This document shows positions 21,594 to 32,763 of a stretch of 64,000 nucleotides of DNA, piece after piece. How positions within the stretch are numbered: the first letter of the stretch is position 1; every line of letters begins with the position of its first letter. The notes below the pieces were generated by a model. It worked only from the letters and a program-made list of their open reading frames with translations, was not told the origin of the DNA and did no database searches. The translations under genes were made by a program, and so were the position numbers. Where the stretch lies: the NCBI GenBank assembly GCA_973895155.1, contig OZ316896.1:19580754-19644753 (forward strand), given 5' to 3'. Source of the stretch: Marsupella aquatica. Lineage: Eukaryota; Plantae; Marchantiophyta.

Positions 21594-21779
21594 CTATTTG
21601 CTGAATCCAATTCGCTGAGCGACTGTGAGCTTCTGGCGGGGAGGCTCGGCAGGCAAGGTGGAGCCGGTGGCAGCGGCTACAGCGGCCGCAGCAGCAGCTA
21701 CACGGCGTCGAGCCTCCTCCAGCTCCTCCTTGTCGTCCAAGTCCTTCAACTCAATCTGCGTGGCCTTCCCCTTCAACAT
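21594..21779 (-). CDS. CDC26: APC/C subunit CDC26 (APC12), 61 aa, upstream ORF of TTM3
   Basis: MLKGKATQIELKDLDDKEELEEARRR...QRIGFSK matches the CDC26 pattern (ML.. K.T.I.L...D.EELE N-terminus, low-complexity middle, RIG near the C-end). It lies 181 nt upstream of TTM3 on the same strand, as in the known plant CDC26-TTM3 bicistronic mRNA. Confidence 0.88.
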   Translation of the reverse strand: MLKGKATQIELKDLDDKEELEEARRRVAAAAAAVAAATGSTLPAEPPRQKLTVAQRIGFSK

Positions 21780-21883
21780 CGCTCGCAAATCCCTAAATCT
21801 CTCTCTCTGAGCGGCGAAAATGTCTCTCAACTTCGGATGCCTCGAAATGAAACACTTCACTGGGCAATAAATAGCAAAACAGT

Positions 21884-21895
21884 GTGGGGCCCCAC
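21884..21895. promoter_or_regulatory. Palindromic TCP-type element GTGGGGCCCCAC upstream of CDC26-TTM3
   Basis: Perfect 12-bp palindrome containing GGNCCCAC on both strands, about 105 bp upstream of the CDC26 ATG. Confidence 0.4.
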
Positions 21896-23340
21896 GAAAT
21901 GATGAATTCTACGAAGGTTACACAATCTGTCATCCTTCCTGTCTCTCCTCGCTGCTCCACTGCTTCCCACCGCTCACACGCCTGGGCTCCTTTCTATCGA
22001 GAGATAATCGTACTGTACATCGTAATTGTTACGGTGTTCCCTTTTTCGCCACGGTGAACTGTCACCACAATGTGGGAAACGTTTGCTCCATGAAGGTTTC
22101 AAAGACCATTAGACCAACCTTGTGGTCCCGAGTTTAGGTCTCCATAATGTGGGAAATGTGTGCTCCATGAAGGTTTCAAAGACCAACCTTGTGGTCCCGA
22201 GTTTAGGTGTCCATAACTGCACATCAAAATATTACATATATAGTGTACTACATCTCTCCATACCATGATAAATCTAGTTGTTATTATTTTTAAATGAATG
22301 AGTGTATCACATTCATAACTGCACATCAAAATATGACATATATAGTGTACTACATCTCTCCATACCATGATAAACCTGGTTTTTTTTAAGTGAATGAGTG
22401 TACCACATTTTGGTGGTCCATTGGAATTTGAGGCCCATAACTTGATGATTATGAGTAGTAAATAATTAGTATTTTTGCACCAGCAAGGCAGTTGGAGGAG
22501 GTGATTGTTCTTAATATACACTGACCCAACTTCTAGTTCTTAAAGTTAAACTAAAATTGAAAGGAAACCAATCTTACCTGATAGTGAAGGTGACAAACCT
22601 GTTATTGTCTGCTGACTATTATGCACAGAAGGTGGAGACATGCGGGTGTAGGTCTTTGCACTCCGAATGCTACATACAGTGTGCGGATCCACATAATTGC
22701 AGAGTTTGCTCATCCCAACAAGTAGAGCCCAATGGAATAGATTTCATTCTGTCAACTGAGGTTATGAGTTCAAGCTTCATAAGTTGGCCAACTTTGCACA
22801 AACCCTCATTCCAAAGTGGGCTCCACCAAAGCCCTTTACACACAAAGATTTGACACTCTAAAAAAGAGGTATGGGTTACCTGTAGCTTTCATTATAAAGT
22901 GCATTGGTTCAGAAAGGGTTTGAGCTCCACAAAAGGTGGTAAGTGCTCTGCCTTTTATGGTGAGACATTGTTCATCAGAGGACAAGAATGAGGAGCAGTG
23001 AGGGAAGGAATGGGACTTTCATATGGGCAGGTGTGGTTACATGGAAATGGGCAGGCGGGCAATATCTCAGAGTAGGACCCAAGGGTTCATAATAGATAAG
23101 TCTTCCAGAGACTCTCTCCTGGAGTGAGTCCCTGAAACCCAGTTCGTCACCTTGCATTTCAGTTTCCTAGGTTGAGTTTCTCACTTGATTTTCTGAGGGT
23201 TATGATCTAAACTTAAAAAATGAGTTTCTCACTTGATTTACTCAGGGTTATGGTCAAAACTAAAAAATACTCCAATTCTCAGGACAACCATGGTGGTCCA
23301 CGTGAGAATCGAGTTTTATATCCAAAAGTGATGAAAACTA

Positions 23341-26036
23341 CACTGTTTACCATAATTAGTATCATAACTTATTTAGTCTCCTTGCATAAATAGTCTCACA
23401 CACACTATTAAGGGTGTGAGGACAAAGCTCCAAAAAATATAAAAACTAAGTTCCTTATTAATCTCCTATACATTAATAAAAATTATCACTACAGTACACT
23501 TTTTAAGACAACATTTTTTGTTTTCATGTGAGAGTATAAAGGAATGTTTCTTTGCAAACTGATGGATGACTTTTACAAAACCAGGGTCAAACTTAGGACC
23601 AAACTATAGGCCCCACTAGTCCACCAAACCTAATACACTCCCAACCACAACTTTGCCTAAATTTCTGCCAAACTTCTGCCCTACACTCCCCTCTACCATC
23701 CCAACCCTTGGCCGGCCCTATCCGTGACCTAAACACTTCGCAAAACTTGTTTACCAATCTCATAACATTCTCGCCAAATTTCGGTGTGTTTTCTCAAGTT
23801 TTCGCATCACGGCATTCTCCACCATGGATTTCCATTCTGCATCGCCTCTAATATCTGCATTTGCTCGATCTCGACTTAGAGTGAGGAACATAGGGAGGAC
23901 TGGAGAGCTTGTCAAAGATGTTCCAGAAAACTCATTACCTGAAGCTCTTTCTCTAGATCAATCAGTTGCACGTACAGAAGCTGTCCAGACAAAGCATAAG
24001 AGAGCACCTCAGTGCGTCGTGACCATGCAAGATCGTAAGAAGGTAGTTTTGTGGATGAGGCAAGATAGAGAGGCGAATGGCCAAGCTGGACTGTGTTCAA
24101 GGACTGTTAAGGAGTTCACAGCGTTATTTCGAGGTAGTGAGAATGCAAATCTCAAGAAGGCTGCAGATTGGTGGAAGAATCAAGCAATTTGGTTGCAAAT
24201 CAACAAAGAGACAGACATATCCATCAATGTTTGTCAAGATGGAATCATTCGAAAGATGTTGCGGAAGGCAAGAGAAGGTTGAGGCAGGAAGACAGAGGAT
24301 TGGGTTACGTGGTTGTACCAGTCTACGGTGGACGAGTTCAATCGATTACGAAAGGCAGGAGTGAAATTTTCACCGAAGCTTTTGCAGCAGTTGGCAAAGC
24401 AAGTGCTTGACGAATCAACTCATCCGCAATTCTCTTCAACATTTCTGTCAAGAGGAATTCCTATCTCAGAAAAGATTAGACTTCGCTGGATTCAGAGATT
24501 TATGGGGAAGTGCAACATTGTTGGCAGGGCACAAACAGGGAAACGGATGGTGAGTGCAGAGAAGCAAGAGCACATAGATAAAGAGATCGCTTTCCATTTG
24601 GGACAACTCAAGAGAGAGTTTGAAGCAGGGACCCTGAATGAAGACCTTGTTGAAAATGTTGACAAAACTCATTTCGTTGTCAACATTGACAATGGCAAGA
24701 CACTGGGATATCGTGGTGATGACAATGTCAAGTATGCAAATGTAGTTTCTGGTGGGCAAGGCATGACCATGATCGTACATCTCACTGGAGGGTCTCGATC
24801 TATCATAGAGGTTCCTATGATTGTTTTCCAGAATGATCGTTGCTCTTATCCTATTAGGAATGTGGAGGATACAATTCCTGGTGTTGCTTACAGATCTGCA
24901 AAGAATGGTTTCGTGACGAGAGCTGTCTGGAATCAATGGTTGAATGAACTGCGCTGCCAAGTCACCAATCTTCAAGGTGGGCAAACAAGAGTGATTTTTG
25001 TCGACAATTTCAAGGGCCATGACTATACAGAAGCGTCTTTCACCACGTTGCAGAGATTGAATGCTACCATACGCAACTTACCTCCATGCTCCACTGATAA
25101 GACGCAACCTTGTGATTCATTTGTGATCTCCAAGATCAAGGATGCGTGGACAGATGCCTGGGAGAAGCACAAGTTGAAGACGATCATGAGTGGAAATGGA
25201 TTTCAAAATTCTGGTCGAAACAGTGGGCAGAATTCTGGAGCAGTGAAGAATCCTGGCAAACGATTTTTCTTAAAGCTTGCTGCAGCATCTGTACTGAAGG
25301 TCAATCAACAACGAGACAAGCACACTGGTATAACATATGCAAGGAAGGCTATGATTCGTTGTGGTCTTTCCCTTGATATCAATGGAGTGTGGCATGAACA
25401 GCAATTGAATCCAGATCTTCAAAATTTGATTAGGAGGACATGTACCTGATCTGGATTCATTTTGAAGGCACACCTGTGCATTCTATGGGACATGTACCTG
25501 ATCAAGATAAAGAGATTGACATTGTTCCTGTAATTCCACCACAGATTAGCAGTACTGATTCTGATTCAGAAGAGGAACCGCCTGTGGATTCTGAGTCTTC
25601 AGAAGACAATGATTTCGGATCACAAGATGATGAATCTGGACATGACAATTTTGGATCTGGAAATGGATTGGATTAGACTTAAATTACAGGAGTATGAGTA
25701 GGGAGTTTAGTCAATTGTCATAGTATGAGTTTAGTCAATTGTCATAGTATGATTTTGATTGTATTCTTAACCTGATTTTAATAAATAATGTTTTATTTTA
25801 TATGCCCTTGCAAATACATCTTACTAGCTGAAAAAATTCATAAATTACACACATTAATTGAGTATTCATCACACACTATTTGTGGGTCACCAAAAATAAT
25901 CTCCCTTATTTTAATTTAGAATAACATGTATTTACTCTCACTTCTTATATAGTCTCACACACATTAATTATGGTGATATCCTTCAAAATCCTTTGTTCGT
26001 AAATATTGTGTGTGATACTAATTACGGTAATCAGTA
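23341..26036 (+). mobile_element. Tc1/mariner superfamily pogo/Tigger-like DNA transposon, about 2.7 kb, with TIRs and TA target-site duplication
   Basis: Left end CACTGTTTACCATAATTAGTATCATA versus reverse complement of right end TACTGATTACCGTAATTAGTATCACA (22/26 match). TA flanks both ends (23339-40, 26037-38). Internal DDE_1 transposase. Confidence 0.88.
23824..25449 (+). pseudogene. Inactivated DDE_1 transposase (CENP-B/Tc5-type HTH plus DDD catalytic domain)
   Basis: ORFs 23824-24282 and 24313-25449 share one frame, split by a single TGA in context G*GRK (probable CGA>TGA). Motifs: WIQRFM, NVDKTHF (DET>DKT), IFVDNFKGH, LPPCSTDKTQPCD. Probable frameshift near 25440 into an acidic tail ending at 25676. 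Confidence 0.88.
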
Positions 26037-26574
26037 TATATCACAGCTCGTTTTCTCCGAAGCCTCGTTTGAAAAGAAAACAAAGGGAGAATATGCCTAA
26101 AGAGGTGATAAGAGGGCATCAATTTTAAATCACAGCTCGTTTTCTCCAAAGCCTCGTTTGAAAAGAAAACAAGAAACGCCACCAAAGCCTCGTTGTGGTC
26201 GTTGTGGTTGACCCAGTTAGCGAATTTCTCGATATTTCCAGAGCACTTTGCTTTCAGTAAATTCATTCTCCTTACAAATATAATAACATTTCTTGAGTGA
26301 CGCTCTCCAAGAGTGGCAGCCATCACCCCTTTATCAATCTCTGCAATGAGGGCCTCATCAGTTAAGCCATTGTCGATTCATGCCGCAGAAGTGAACGAGT
26401 GAGGGGCACGAATGAGGAATGAGGCACGAATCAGGGTACAATTTGATGTGAGGCAGATCCGATCGGAAGCTGACGACGTATTTCAAGCGGTCCATAGCAG
26501 ATTGTTCTGTGGCAAAGTGAGTTTGATTGTACTCTCCCAACTGGGCGATGCCACTGACCGAAATCCCTAGCAGT

Positions 26575-27365
26575 GGCAGAGTAAACGAGACAGACAGACA
26601 GAACGGCACACTGAGTGACCAGGATTGCCACCATTGGCACTAGTGGGAGGCAGACAGACAGACAGAACGGCCTACTGAGTGACCAGAATTGCCACCATTG
26701 CCCAGGAGTGGGAGGCAGACAGACAGAATGGCTTACTGAGTGACCAGAATTGCCACATTGGCACGAGTGGGAGGCAGACAGACAGAATGGCCTACTGAGT
26801 GAGCACAACTGCCACCATTGCCCAAGAGTGGGAGGCAGACAGACAGAATGGCCTACTGAGTTACCAGAATTGCCACCATTGCCAGGAGTGGGAGGCAGAC
26901 AGACAGACAGAATGGCCCACTGACCATTGGCTGAGAGGCAGATAGGAAGCTGAAGAAATCAAATTCAAGCGATCTAGAGCGGAATGATGCTGTAGATTGC
27001 GTGATTGTACTCTAGCAGCTAGGTCATGGCCCTGACCAAAAAGTGGAGGCAGACAGAATGACCCACTGAGTGACCAAAATTGCTAGCATTGGCAGAGGTG
27101 GGACTGTGGGAGGCGGACAGAATGATCTGCTGACAAAGATTATTGCCAGTCTTTGGAGGGGATGCATGGACCCCTAAAACCGAAACGGGCAGCATTGGCA
27201 TGGGTAGGAGGAAGAAGAGTGGAAGACAGAATGATTGGGAGAGTCAGACGACGAAACACGGTAATTTAATGAAGCGATCTGATGGGAGGCAGACAGAATG
27301 ACCCACCGACCGAAATTGGATTTGGCAGCATTGGCATGAGTGGGAAGATGAAGACAGAATGATTG
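26575..27365. repeat. Minisatellite of ~59-64-bp units with a variable (CAGA)n core, directly upstream of the beta-lactamase-like gene
   Basis: GAGTGGGAGGCAGACAGACAGAATGGCCTACTGAGTGACCAGAATTGCCACCATTG repeats about 6 times to ~26925, then as degenerate copies to ~27365. Confidence 0.88.
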
Positions 27366-27431
27366 ATGAGAGTAGTCAGAAGTACAGTACTTGAGGCGAT
27401 CTGAGGCAGATATTACCGTACTTGTGCTACG

Positions 27432-29989
27432 ATGAGTATCATTAAGCAGGCTGTCGCTCTCTTGTACATGTTGTCCGTTTTGCTTGTAGGCGCGATCCTT
27501 TCTGGGTCGTTCTCGTCGGCGTCAGCGCAAGAGTGCCCAGTACTCTTCTCACCAACTGCGGTGGCTCCGTCTCAAGCTTACGACTACACTTCCCCAGCCT
27601 TTGAAAGCCTTTTCAGCTCTCTTCAGAGCATGATCAAGAGCTACATCACGCAGCATCAAATTCCGTCTTATGCGGTCGCCGTCGTACACGAGGGCCGAAC
27701 AATCTTGTCCTCTGGACTCACCAGAACGCCGTTCCGCATTGCCTCCATCACGAAGACGTTTACGGCGCTGGGGGCGCTCATTCTGAGAGAGCAGGGACGG
27801 CTCTCGCTGGACGATCCGGTCAAGACGTTTCTCCCGAGTTTCTCCATCATCAATCCGTTCGACGGACAGCAGCATGACACCACTCTGCGAGAGCTCATGG
27901 GGCACGCGGCAGGGTTTCCTATGCAGCTCTGCCCAGAGTTTCAGTTGGCTTGCACGAACAATGAGACGGAGATCTTGGAGCAGATTTCGGGAATGCAGCT
28001 GGTTTCTCCACCGTGGAGTCAGTTTCCGGCCTACTCCAATTTGGGGTTTGCTCTCCTGGGACGCGCCTGGGAGAAGGCCACCGATCCTCCTGTGTCCTGG
28101 GAGGACTTCGTGACGGATAACATCCTGAAGCCTTTGAGAATGACCAGCTCAGGGGTCAATGTGACTGGCGTTCAGCTTGCTCCCAATAGTCATCCATGGG
28201 CGTTGCAGGATATTGGCTGGAGTGCACCCGCCGGACAAATGTGAGTACCGTTGGGATGAATGCCGGCTACTACATTTTATTGCTTCTGTCCACATAAAGC
28301 TCACAAATTTCCAACCAGGTTCTTTACCCTCCTCGATTTGCATATCCTAAATGTCAATTGAGCGGCTAGTTATAAAGTGAGTGCAATTGAAGAGTCCAGT
28401 AAGAACGATTGTTGGGTGTGAAAGTTTCAAAAATTGGAAGTGACGTCGCTAGTAAACAAGGGAAGCATGCTGTCAACGAACTAGATTTGGTACAGGTGGT
28501 TCAGTCGGACACGATGTAGCTAGTTCTCAACGATGGGAGCTATTGATTTTGTTGTAACCGACCTCCAGCCTGCCAATCTTACGGGGTATGCATCCACAAT
28601 GTCAATTGAGCTGATTGCTAAATGGTGAATATAGGAGCTCATAACAAACAGTTCTTGTGAATTGTTAAATTGGAAGTGACGTGTTAGAAGAGGACTTTGT
28701 CCTCGGATAGGAAGTAGGTCTCATGAAATGCAGCTGTTTGTAAACGATCAGAATTCGAATAGGTGGTTCAGTTTAAATGGTTTATGATGTACTAGAAGCG
28801 ACTCCTTCACATAACCAATGAAATCATCTCTGATAAAAATCCCAGAATCAAAAGCAATGGTGCAGTCTAATGAGATTGAGCACGTCGAAATTTATTGCAA
28901 GAAGTCCAAAGGAATAAGTCTGTAAGGCCAAAAGCAACGCATGATACTTTATTGGGTAATAGACTTTGGATTTCAGTTGACAAAGGAGTGAAAACTATAA
29001 GCTAATGCCACTCTTTGGCGTGATGATAATCTGTCAGAATATTTTTCTAAATGCACGCAAGTTTCTCAGAAGAATGGCACACTGGCCAGTGCCTCAAGAT
29101 TTGTTTACTGAGTGAGGACTTTTGCTTTGAATCCATCTCCAGGTATTCTACCGCAGAGGACCTCGCCAAGTACCTGGCGTTTCTATTGACAACTGAGCCT
29201 CGGCTCGTCACGGTACACTCCCTACGGGAATGGACGAGTACCGCCTCCATTTTCGCGGATGGCAAGGGAGGCTATTCGTTCCCCTGGGAGCTTAAGAAGC
29301 TTCACGAGAAATCCCTCGACTTTCTCTTCACGAAAGGGGGTAGCATTAACGGGTATGTTTCCCACTTGGGCTTTGACCTATCCACACGTCTTGGAGTCGT
29401 AGTGCTGGCTGTCCTCGAAGGTGGCAGCTCAGGATCACCAGATGAGTTAGCTGGCAACATTATGCGAACTCTAATTCCAGCAGTGCAGTCCATAAACCAA
29501 GATATGATTGCAGATGTCTACGCTGGAGTCTACACCTGCCCTGCCTCTAAACCCTTCGCTACTCCCAACTGGGATTTCAAAGTTCAGGTCAGGGACGGCA
29601 TCATCAATGTCTCTGTCTCTCCAACTGTAGGCCTTTTGGCGGATGTGAGAATCGATGTGCTCAATGGTGGGATACCGGTCACTTCTACTGGAACCTGGGC
29701 TCTTCTTCTAAAAAATGAAACAGAGAATTCGTTCTGGTTTGGCGATGGCTCTTCGTGCTATGGGATCGTGGGTGCTGTGGGTGCGGGTCCAGATCTTAAG
29801 CATCCGAATACTCCAGGGAGCTTCTACTCTAACGTGATTGTTTTTGATCCGGTGAAGGGTTCCCTCCACTGGCCTGCTGGAGGTGGCCATTGCTATAAAG
29901 CTGGATTTGAGCCCTCAGAGCGCCCTTCACGCACCCGTTCTTTCCTCAGGGCCATCTTTTCGTTCTTCATGTTTTTCTTTGCATTCTAG
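27432..29989 (+). CDS. Secreted beta-lactamase-family (AmpC/PBP fold, LACTBL1-like) serine hydrolase, about 551 aa, 2 exons
   Basis: Exons 27432-28240 (AT|GTGAGT) and 29143-29989 (CCAG|G) join as AGQM-YSTAEDLAK. Signal peptide ending ...ASA-Q. Catalytic SxxK (FRIASITK), LDDPV, YxN (YSNLG), third motif TKGGSINGY. Hydrophobic C-terminus. Confidence 0.88.
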
Positions 29990-31364
29990 GCCCAACACAG
30001 AGGGCAAACTCTGGAGACACCATTCTGAAGTGAATTTGATAGTCGTCCGACATGCAAACACTTGTACGAGGTGTTTTAGAGTGCCTTTCGTGAGCGAGTG
30101 TGGCCATGTACTGAAAATTCGTGAATAGGCCAAAACTATCATCAGGTGGACTCAGTTTTTTCATGCTTGGAGACAGCTTTTCAGCATGAAGAAAAACACA
30201 GATGCCGGGTTTCCAAAAATGTTAGGGCCTACTCCCATGTCAGGGGAATTAGATATCAGTGACGGGAAGAATAGTTGAGCTCAGCTATTATTGACATTTT
30301 GGTCAAGTAGCAGAGGAAACGATTATTCATCAGAGTTCTATAACTCAGCTTTAGAGTCTCAATCAGTGATGTACAGTAACTCGAAATTTATCATCGTCTT
30401 CGAGGCTCTCTTTACTCTACATCCCATGCCCCAATTGGGGCCTGTGGAGTAAACTATAGCTTCATTTTTTATCCATTTCTCATACAGAAAAAGCGTAGGT
30501 CTGTCTCTGTACAAGTACGTTTGGTCAAGTTCCGTGTTAGCACATTTGTGTTAAGTTTTCTTTGCGCTAAAAGAAAGGCTTGATTCTATGTACTTGACTT
30601 CCAGACTTGGAAGTAAATGCAATTCTAAGTCAAATTGACAAGAGAATTTTAGTCTGGGCAGAGTCAAACTGGCTAGTGGAAAGCAGAAAAACCTAGCCAA
30701 GTTTAGACAATAGGGGCAGATACTTTTTAAAGAGGTAGAATGTGGCAAATTTCCATGATTAAAAAAGATGCTGGTATTCCAGCTAGTTCTTGCAAAACTC
30801 TGACAAGGGTTGAGTTTGGGAAGTCCGGCATGGCCAGGAAGTAGGGCAGGAGGCAGCATATTTTTTCCAGGGTTTTCTTTATTAGTGTCAGCCTATGTGA
30901 AGGAGAAGATGCTAGGAATATTCTACATCAGATTTTCTGGAATTCTTTTCTGACTCTTAGATCTCTCTACATTTATGGCTATGTGAAGGAGAAGATGCTA
31001 GGAATATTCTACATCTGGGATTCTTTTCTGACCCTTAGATCTCTCTAGATTTAAGGATGGCTGCTACATTCTGGTGAATAGGGTCTGTGGTTAGATGGGA
31101 ATCTATCTAGTAGGACACGTCAAAGCAAGCTCATAATTGAGTTAGAACCAATGACATAAATTGCTTTTATGACCAGCTCAAAATCATCACGGGATACCTT
31201 AATGCCAAAACAAAATAACTATGGGATACCTTCCAAGGTGTCCTATAAGGATCAGACATTCAAAACGTGAACTCCCCCATGGATGAGTTGTCATTTTGGG
31301 GCTAATTAATCATATCCATAAGACCTTGATTATTTGCTTGGACATGCCCTAATGGGAGTGAAAC

Positions 31365-32395
31365 GTTAGCAAGTTTTTGCCAAAAGTGGCAAAAGTTTTT
31401 TGGCTAGAATTTTCTGGAGAGGTGGAATTTAGTCAATTTTGCCCAAAGTGGCCAAGCTCTTTGGCAAATTTGGTTTTTGGAGTGGTGCAATCTAACAAAT
31501 TATGCCAGAAGTGGCGAAAGGTTTTTTGGGATAGTTTTTGAAGAGATGCCTTCCAAATTTTTGCCAAAAGTGGCCTAAGCTTCTTGATGCAGTTTTTTCC
31601 CTTTTCTTGAGGAAGAAGACTTAGTAGACACTCCCCACCCCATTAGGGACATAACTTAATTGAAAGATTTTTTGAGAGGTGCAATCTAGCCAATTTTGCC
31701 AAAAGTGACAAAAGTTTGTTGTAGAGGTGAAATGTAGCGAACCAAAAGTTGTTTTTCTGAGAGGTGCCATCTAGCGAATTTTCCCCAAAAGTGGCCAAAG
31801 TTTTTTGGCGATAGTTTGTTTGAGAGGTGCCATCTAGCGAATTCTCTCCAAAACTGACCAAAGTTTTTTGGCGATACTTTGCTTAAAAGAGGTGGCATCT
31901 AGCGAATTCTCGCCAAGAGTGGTGAAAGTATTTTGGCGATAGTTTGTTTGAGAGGTGGCATCCAGCGAATTCTCGCCAAAAGTGGGCGAAAGTATTTTGG
32001 CAATAGTTCGTTTTGAGAGGTGTAATCTAGTGAATTTCGCCAATTTTTTGGCGAAAGGTTTTGGAGAGTTGTAATGTAGCGAATTTCCCCAAAAGTGGCA
32101 AAAGGTTTTGGAGAGGTGTAAGCCGCTGTAGCGAATTTGCGAGGAAAGAAATACGGTGGCAGGAGGGCACACAAGAGCTTCTCATGTGAGGTGGGTGGGT
32201 TGCCTACGAGAGAGAGAGAGAGATTTGGCGAAAGTTTTTGGAGAGGTAATCTAGCGAATTTCCCCAAAAGTGGCGAAAGGTTTTGGAGAGGTGTAATCCG
32301 CTGTAGCGAATTTTGGCGACGAAAGGCAGGAGGGCACACAAGAGCTTCTCATGTGAGCTGGGTGGGTTGCCTACGAGAGAGAGAGAGTGAGAGGA
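31365..32395. repeat. Degenerate satellite (GAGAGGTG..ATCTAGCGAATT..CGCCAAAAGTGGCGAAAG, ~40-63-bp units) upstream of APC6
   Basis: More than 12 recognisable copies; the last ~175 bp block is duplicated. Confidence 0.85.
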
Positions 32396-32763
32396 GAGAG
32401 AGGGAGCGAGTCAACAGTTAGTGGGCGAAGGCGGGAACACGACTTCTCTCCCATTCCGAATCCATTCTCATCATAATAACAGCAGCAACGATAATGCGGA
32501 AGAGAAGAGCTTCTCGATCGCCCTCCACCATCGCCTCCAGCGACCCTGACGACGAAGACGCACGAGAAGCAGTCGAAGAACGAGACGAAGTCGAAGAAGA
32601 CGGAGCAGAAGGAGGAGAAGGAGAAGGAGGAGAAGGAGGAGACGAAGAAGGTCGAGAAGAAACGGAGTGGCGGAGGAGGAGGACTGTCGAAGGCTACGCG
32701 CATTATCAGCATCAGCATCGTCTTGCATCACCACCCGCAGCGGCTGGTGCAGGCGGGAGCGAA

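Noticed and set aside
26575-26930. CRISPR-like look of the regular repeat
   Set aside because: No unique spacers, no cas genes, eukaryotic context; it is a minisatellite.
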